Shown here: positions 35,454 through 40,029 of the stretch, in pieces | Numbering within the stretch: position 1 is the first letter of the stretch | Layout of the letters: each line of letters begins with the position of its first letter | IMG/VR virus record: IMGVR_UViG_3300022670_000748 | Coordinates: 1-40,029 of that record | Origin: a virus | Taxonomy: Duplodnaviria; Caudoviricetes | DNA: 40,029 bases | Strand: one strand, 5' to 3' | The notes under the pieces: model-generated | Told to the model about the DNA's origin: nothing | The model's input: the letters and a program-made list of their open reading frames with translations, nothing else | Databases searched by the model: none | Made by a program: the position numbers and the translations under genes

Positions 35454-35838
35454 AAATAAGATAAAAACTACAAAAGAAGGAATATATGAGTTAACTAAAT
35501 TGCTATTTAGTCCTTCTAAAATACGTAAATTATTTTTGTCAAAAGAAAAAGTTAATCTTAGGAATTTGCAAAGAGATAGGGTGAAATTTGCAAAACTTTT
35601 TGCTAAACATAATGTTCATTCAGTAACGGTTGTACGAGCACTAAATGATACAGTTGCTAATAAAAGACATATTTTTATTGAGTGTGAAGGTGTACTAGAT
35701 AATATTTTTAAGGTATTAGCGACTTTAAAAACTGCTTGCGAGTTTAATATTGGCAATTATAATACAGATGATAAATTCGCAAATGTATTTATAGAAATTG
35801 TATATAATTTAAACATGATGGAAGAATATTATGAGTAA
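35446..35838 (+). CDS. Hypothetical protein, tandem paralogue family member 4
   Basis: FAKHNVH...CEGVLDNIF; start placed at ATG 35446 (ORF from 35416). Confidence 0.75.
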   Translation: MSENKIKTTKEGIYELTKLLFSPSKIRKLFLSKEKVNLRNLQRDRVKFAKLFAKHNVHSVTVVRALNDTVANKRHIFIECEGVLDNIFKVLATLKTACEFNIGNYNTDDKFANVFIEIVYNLNMMEEYYE

Positions 35839-36070
35839 GAAGGATGAGAATCTAGTAGACGGTGTGCCAGATAGATTATCCCGTGCTGTTATTGCGAAGA
35901 TGGCAGGTCTTAACGAAATGTTAGAGCAGGCTAAGGATTTAGACGAGTCAAAGTTTGGTTGGTCTTTAAATAAAGGGAGTTTATTTGCGGTTGCCACTGC
36001 TTTGCTAACTGCGATAGAGATATTAAAGCAGGAAGTAGCAGAGTTAAAGGGGAAGGTTAATGACAGATAA
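35831..36070 (+). CDS. Hypothetical protein
   Basis: Overlapping, operon-packed ORF with C-terminal coiled coil. Confidence 0.7.
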   Translation: MSKKDENLVDGVPDRLSRAVIAKMAGLNEMLEQAKDLDESKFGWSLNKGSLFAVATALLTAIEILKQEVAELKGKVNDR

Positions 36071-36341
36071 GATAGAAAGACAGCTTATATTACTTAATAA
36101 GCGAATAGATGTTATACAGTGCTTGTTAGAGGGCTTAAAACATAAAGATAGTCAGCCTTATCAGATTACTAAATCACCTGATGGTAGGAATTTTGTTTTA
36201 GTAGATACGTTTCCAAAAGATGATGATAAGATTATGAAAATACTAAGGGAGCTACGAAAAGAAGAGGCAGAGGAGTTTGAGCCTTCCATTATAAGCTTTG
36301 ACACTAATATAAAAGGATTTAAGCCAGAGGTAAAGAAATGA
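36060..36341 (+). CDS. Hypothetical protein
   Basis: Operon-packed ORF. Confidence 0.7.
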   Translation: MTDKIERQLILLNKRIDVIQCLLEGLKHKDSQPYQITKSPDGRNFVLVDTFPKDDDKIMKILRELRKEEAEEFEPSIISFDTNIKGFKPEVKK

Positions 36342-36850
36342 TTATATTAGATGATTGGGCTTATGAGCTTTTGTTAATAATTTTGTCTGGTACTTCACAG
36401 CAAGCTATGCACTATCAAGTAACAAAGTTTTTGTCTGCTAGACATATTGATGCTTTGAGTTTTAATCAGATTGAAAAAATTGAAGCCAGTTTTGGATATG
36501 AAAAAGAAAGAAAGCAGCGATACTATTATAAAGGTATTGATATATTTACAGAGTTTAAAAAAGTAGGTTTATTTTTAAAATATGCAAGCGTCAATCAAGG
36601 TTTTAACAATATGTCAATTCATTATGACGGGGATAGTGCGAAGGCAAAAGATGCAATCGCAAGGATTGTCTCTGATTTTAAAGATGTTCGGTTTGAGGAA
36701 GGCGTTATTATGTTAACAATAAAACCAGAGAGGGGATCAGAAGACAATGCAAGTAGGTTGCCTAACGGTGCTTTGAAATATAGTTTATCGAATGCGACTT
36801 ATGAAGAAGGATTACAAGCCCAAAAAAGACAAGAAGAGGTAAAAAAATGA
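36338..36850 (+). CDS. Hypothetical protein
   Basis: GAGGT RBS, ATGA coupling. Confidence 0.7.
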   Translation: MIILDDWAYELLLIILSGTSQQAMHYQVTKFLSARHIDALSFNQIEKIEASFGYEKERKQRYYYKGIDIFTEFKKVGLFLKYASVNQGFNNMSIHYDGDSAKAKDAIARIVSDFKDVRFEEGVIMLTIKPERGSEDNASRLPNGALKYSLSNATYEEGLQAQKRQEEVKK

Positions 36851-37320
36851 GTACAAGTGTAAATAAAGTAATCTTAATTGGTAGGCTAGGTAAAGACCCA
36901 GAAACACGTTATACCGCAGCAGGAGAAGCAGTTACTAACTTTAGTTTAGCAACAGATAAGAATTGGAAGGATAAAACTACCAACGAGCTAAAAGGGGCTA
37001 CTGAGTGGCACAAATGTACTGCTTTTGACAAGACAGGAACAGCAATACAAGAATATTGCACTAAAGGCTCGCAGATTTATTTAGAAGGAGAACTAACTAC
37101 TAAAAAATGGACAGACAAGAACAAGGTTGAACGTTATACTACTTCTATAAATGTTCATGTCGTAAGGTTTCTAAGTAAGACTGGTACTAAAGCCACAACG
37201 CCAAAGCCAGCTATTGCTAATCAATCTTTTGATAATACTAGCAGTAAACCAACAGCTCCTGCTAATATCAAATCTGGTGTAGTAGTTAATGATGATTTTG
37301 ATGATGATATACCGTTTTAG
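36847..37320 (+). CDS. ssb: Single-stranded DNA-binding protein
   Basis: SVNKVILIGRLGKDPETRYT, TEWH, KGSQIYLEG.L.T.KW, C-terminal DFDDDIPF. Confidence 0.97.
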   Translation: MSTSVNKVILIGRLGKDPETRYTAAGEAVTNFSLATDKNWKDKTTNELKGATEWHKCTAFDKTGTAIQEYCTKGSQIYLEGELTTKKWTDKNKVERYTTSINVHVVRFLSKTGTKATTPKPAIANQSFDNTSSKPTAPANIKSGVVVNDDFDDDIPF

Positions 37321-37328
37321 AATAAATT

Positions 37329-37676
37329 ATGGGACCTAAAAGCAAAAAATCTAAAGATGACAGAAGGTATACAGAAGAACACTGGCTTGATAGACAGGTA
37401 GAAAGATATACTTTATTAGAAAGTAAAGAAGGCAAAGATTTTCGTTGTAAAATTAATTCTTTGCCAGCGGCTCATCAAATGCTCGCAGAGCTAGTAGAAA
37501 ACTTTAATAATAGTGATAGGGCAACTGCATTGTTTGTTGGGATTAGTCATACTTTAATACGTAAAATTACAAGGTATGATTCAAAGACAATGGGAAGATA
37601 TACTTTTTTAAAGATTTTGGAAGCTTATTTATTAGTGTTTCCAGAGTGGTATAGTGCCAAATATCCTTTTTCTTAA
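37329..37676 (+). CDS. Putative HTH DNA-binding protein
   Basis: SDRATALFVGISHTLIRKIT HTH-like segment. Confidence 0.5.
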   Translation: MGPKSKKSKDDRRYTEEHWLDRQVERYTLLESKEGKDFRCKINSLPAAHQMLAELVENFNNSDRATALFVGISHTLIRKITRYDSKTMGRYTFLKILEAYLLVFPEWYSAKYPFS

Positions 37677-37704
37677 AATAAATTAAATTATTTTATATAA
37701 AGTG

Positions 37705-37733
37705 TTGACAAGGTGTAAACTATCATATACTAT
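37705..37733 (+). promoter_or_regulatory. Sigma70 promoter TTGACA-N17-TACTAT (family copy)
   Basis: Near-identical to 22371 through TATCATATACTATTAGTTTyAGGTTAAG. Confidence 0.75.
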
Positions 37734-37768
37734 TAGTTTTAGGTTAAGAAATTAAGGGAGAAAGGGAA

Positions 37769-37963
37769 ATGAAAGCAATTAATAAAAATTGGTTGGATAA
37801 TGTTAATTACATTATTGATAATGGTTATTGTTGGAATGATAAAGAGATAGCTAAGCATCAAAAACGCTTAAGAAGGCTTGCTTTAAAAGGGTATAACTTG
37901 CCGACGCAAAAACAAAACTTTATTAAAGAGCCAGCACAAAATTATGATGAAATACCATTTTAA
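37769..37963 (+). CDS. Small basic protein with SSB-like C-terminal tail
   Basis: Ends QNYDEIPF. Confidence 0.7.
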   Translation: MKAINKNWLDNVNYIIDNGYCWNDKEIAKHQKRLRRLALKGYNLPTQKQNFIKEPAQNYDEIPF

Positions 37964-37978
37964 AGGGAGTGCAGGGAA

Positions 37979-38623
37979 ATGAAAGAAGTATCTAAACTAA
38001 ATCAATTGTTAGATTTAAAATTTGACAAAGATAAGTTAAAGACAAAGAAAATAAAAGAAAAAGGCAAAGACGGTATATATCGTACGAAACTATTAACTTA
38101 TTTATCTTGGGCAAACGCTTGGAAAGAATTTATCAAAGTTTATCCTACAGCTACTTACTGCATTAAGAAAAATGATAATGGATTGTCTGCTTTTGGCGAT
38201 GATAAAATGGGCTTTATGGCATATACAACAGTTACTGTTGGTGAGCTAACCCATGAAATGTGGTTGCCTATTTTGGATTTTAAAAACCTAACTTTGGTCG
38301 CTCCAAATATATTTGATATAAACAAAACAGTCATGCGTTGCTTAACTAAAAATCTAGCAATGTTTGGGCTTGGTTTATATATTTATGCGGGAGAAGATAT
38401 ACCTAGCGATGACGTGCCAAAGGCTGCTGTTAAGGCTGCTCAAGCTGTTATTACTAAAGTGCCAATAACTCCTGAGATTATGGAGAAGTCTCTTAATTAT
38501 TTAACAGAAGGTGAATATACTTTAAACCAGTTGATCGTAAATTTGAAGAAAAAGTATTTAGACCCCGAGAATTGTATTAAAGTTTTAAAAAATGTAGGGG
38601 TACTGAATAATGACCAAGCGTGA
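37979..38623 (+). CDS. Sak3/DUF1071-like single-strand annealing protein
   Basis: LTYLSWANAW, MWLPILDFKN, DINKTVMRCLTKNLAMFGLGLYIYAGED. Confidence 0.9.
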   Translation: MKEVSKLNQLLDLKFDKDKLKTKKIKEKGKDGIYRTKLLTYLSWANAWKEFIKVYPTATYCIKKNDNGLSAFGDDKMGFMAYTTVTVGELTHEMWLPILDFKNLTLVAPNIFDINKTVMRCLTKNLAMFGLGLYIYAGEDIPSDDVPKAAVKAAQAVITKVPITPEIMEKSLNYLTEGEYTLNQLIVNLKKKYLDPENCIKVLKNVGVLNNDQA

Positions 38624-38819
38624 AATAATAATTGCCTCACTAGTGGCTTTTTTCTTTGTATTCATGCTGGGGGCTGTATGGTTTTGTGGGCGTATGATTA
38701 ACTATTGGGGTCTTGATAGTATCATGGGTATTACATGGCTAATGATCGGAATAATCTGCACGGCATTTAGTGCCTTCGGTATGATATGGGTTCTTGATAC
38801 ATCATTGAGTAATGATTAG
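38610..38819 (+). CDS. Small two-TM membrane protein
   Basis: Two hydrophobic helices. Confidence 0.7.
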   Translation: MTKREIIIASLVAFFFVFMLGAVWFCGRMINYWGLDSIMGITWLMIGIICTAFSAFGMIWVLDTSLSND

Positions 38820-38847
38820 TTTTATAAGTTAATAGGAGAAATATATA

Positions 38848-39096
38848 ATGTTAGTAATAACTAGACACCCTTCTGAAAAGATTATCTTTGGAAATAATTT
38901 AATTATAATAAAAGTGTTAGAAATATCAGGTAAAAGTGTTCGGTTGGGGATAGAGGCACCAGAAGAATTAAGCGTGCACAGAGAAGAAATCTATAATAGG
39001 ATTAAAGCTGGTATTCCAAAGCCATGTAGGCACTCAAAAGACGGAACTATAAGCAGTAATACGATAACTGATAGTAGTATTGGCGGCAATAATTAG
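38848..39096 (+). CDS. csrA: Carbon storage regulator CsrA/RsmA homologue
   Basis: MLVITR..SEKII.G...I.VL.I.G..VRLGIEAP..LSVHREEIY.RI. Confidence 0.95.
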   Translation: MLVITRHPSEKIIFGNNLIIIKVLEISGKSVRLGIEAPEELSVHREEIYNRIKAGIPKPCRHSKDGTISSNTITDSSIGGNN

Positions 39097-39110
39097 GGGG
39101 GCAATAGACA

Positions 39111-39338
39111 ATGAAAAATTTATTTATGATAGCACTTGTTTTAGGTCTTTTTGCAATATTAGTAATTTTAAAGTTAACTGGGGTAGATGGCTTTGTTGAT
39201 GCATCATGGTGGTTTATAACCTTCCCATTCTGGGCTGCTTTTATAGTTGGGGTTATATATATGTCAATGTTTATTCCTTACATAATATATATGAAAATCA
39301 CTAGGGATAAATTACATAAGAAAGCTAGAAAGAGGTAG
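39111..39338 (+). CDS. Small two-TM membrane protein
   Basis: ILKLTG...SWWFIT.PFW motif seen in small phage membrane proteins; basic C-terminus. Confidence 0.75.
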   Translation: MKNLFMIALVLGLFAILVILKLTGVDGFVDASWWFITFPFWAAFIVGVIYMSMFIPYIIYMKITRDKLHKKARKR

Positions 39339-39342
39339 GAAA

Positions 39343-39537
39343 ATGAAAAACAAAACACTAAAAATAGACGACATTTTTATTGTAGTAAAAATGGTTCTTA
39401 TGAATGCTGAAATATTAGAGGAAAAACTAAGCAAAACGGATAGTAAAATCTTTTTAGCAGGCGTTAAGGAGCTAAAAACGAAGTTAAGTGAGATAGAGGA
39501 CTTAGCAATTACAATACTTGAGCGGGGTAAATTATGA
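39343..39537 (+). CDS. Hypothetical protein
   Basis: GAGGT RBS; ATGA coupling. Confidence 0.7.
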   Translation: MKNKTLKIDDIFIVVKMVLMNAEILEEKLSKTDSKIFLAGVKELKTKLSEIEDLAITILERGKL

Positions 39538-39908
39538 AAAACAAAGATAAAGATATAGTTATTGCTATTTATGTTAGTGAATATAACTTTTTACATGTTA
39601 ACCTTTTCAGTATTCAAGATTTTAATAAGGGGAAATACCCTGAGGACAAGGCAGGATCGTTGTTTAAAGATGGCGACAAGGAGGTAGTTGCGATAGTATT
39701 TAAGCCAGAGGACTTTTTTTCTTATTCTTCGGGCATTCCCCGAATTTATCTTGGTGAGATTTATTTTACCTTTTCATATAAATTTGAGGTGCAAAAATTC
39801 ATAGCATGTTTTCGAGACAATTTTTTAATGGACTTAAAAGAGCTAGTTAATGAGATAAAAAAACAGTTTCCAAATGCTAAGGTTTTAATTAGTGGTGGTG
39901 AAGTATGA
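39534..39908 (+). CDS. Hypothetical protein, paralogue of the end-split gene
   Basis: MKNKDK start; C-terminus aligns with 143..325. Confidence 0.75.
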   Translation: MKNKDKDIVIAIYVSEYNFLHVNLFSIQDFNKGKYPEDKAGSLFKDGDKEVVAIVFKPEDFFSYSSGIPRIYLGEIYFTFSYKFEVQKFIACFRDNFLMDLKELVNEIKKQFPNAKVLISGGEV

Positions 39909-40029
39909 AAACTAAAGACAAAAAAATGTATATTAAGATATATTCATTCCAAAATAGTAACTCAGTTACTCTCTTCGATATTGTCATTTGTAAGAGTAGA
40001 GATTATGACATTAGAAGCGAGTTACCTGA
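39886..40029. repeat. Right copy of 144-bp inverted terminal repeat
   Basis: Exact reverse complement of 1..144. Confidence 0.95.
39905..40029 (+). CDS. 5' fragment of hypothetical protein running off the end
   Basis: MKTKDKKMYIKIY... resembles MKNKDKDIVIAIY of the upstream gene; no stop before the end. Confidence 0.7.
   Translation, partial: MKTKDKKMYIKIYSFQNSNSVTLFDIVICKSRDYDIRSELP

Larger units (their letters stand above)
1..40029. mobile_element. Near-complete tailed bacteriophage genome: HK97-like head plus Mu-like contractile tail
   Basis: Colinear terminase-portal-protease-capsid-neck-sheath-tube-tape measure-baseplate-fibre module; no host housekeeping genes; a gene appears split across the two ends. 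Confidence 0.97.

Noticed and set aside
322-39908. Stop-codon reassignment
   Set aside because: Conserved genes are full length under the standard code and TAA, TAG and TGA are all used as stops

Overview
An AT-rich, near-complete tailed phage genome (myovirus morphology inferred). It has an HK97-type head module (terminase, portal, MuF-like protein, prohead protease, major capsid) and a Mu-like contractile tail and baseplate, all on the minus strand from 2870 to 28024. The plus-strand early regions hold many short tandem-paralogous ORFs plus SSB, a Sak3/DUF1071 annealing protein, a CsrA homologue and an XRE HTH; a RuvC-like resolvase sits on the minus strand. I recognised no integrase, DNA polymerase, helicase/primase or endolysin. 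The 144-bp inverted terminal repeat is probably an assembly chimera of a circular or permuted genome, because one gene is split across the ends. The main signals are regulatory. (1) A phage csrA co-occurs with early-gene ribosome-binding sites folded into ANGGA-loop hairpins. (2) A tRNA-like leader followed by a terminator precedes the terminase operon. (3) A 17-bp palindrome occurs five times, four of them upstream of late gene blocks. (4) Helically phased TGTTACA direct repeats lie upstream of four promoters. (5) A 1-kb ORF-free region has convergent promoters, strand-specific hairpins and iteron-like repeats next to a Rep_3-WH2-like gene. Accessory genes include a proteasome-beta-like Ntn hydrolase, an RLIG1/DUF5565-like RNA ligase moron and a small protein with an SSB-like C-terminal tail. 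All family assignments are from motif recognition by eye, not database searches.
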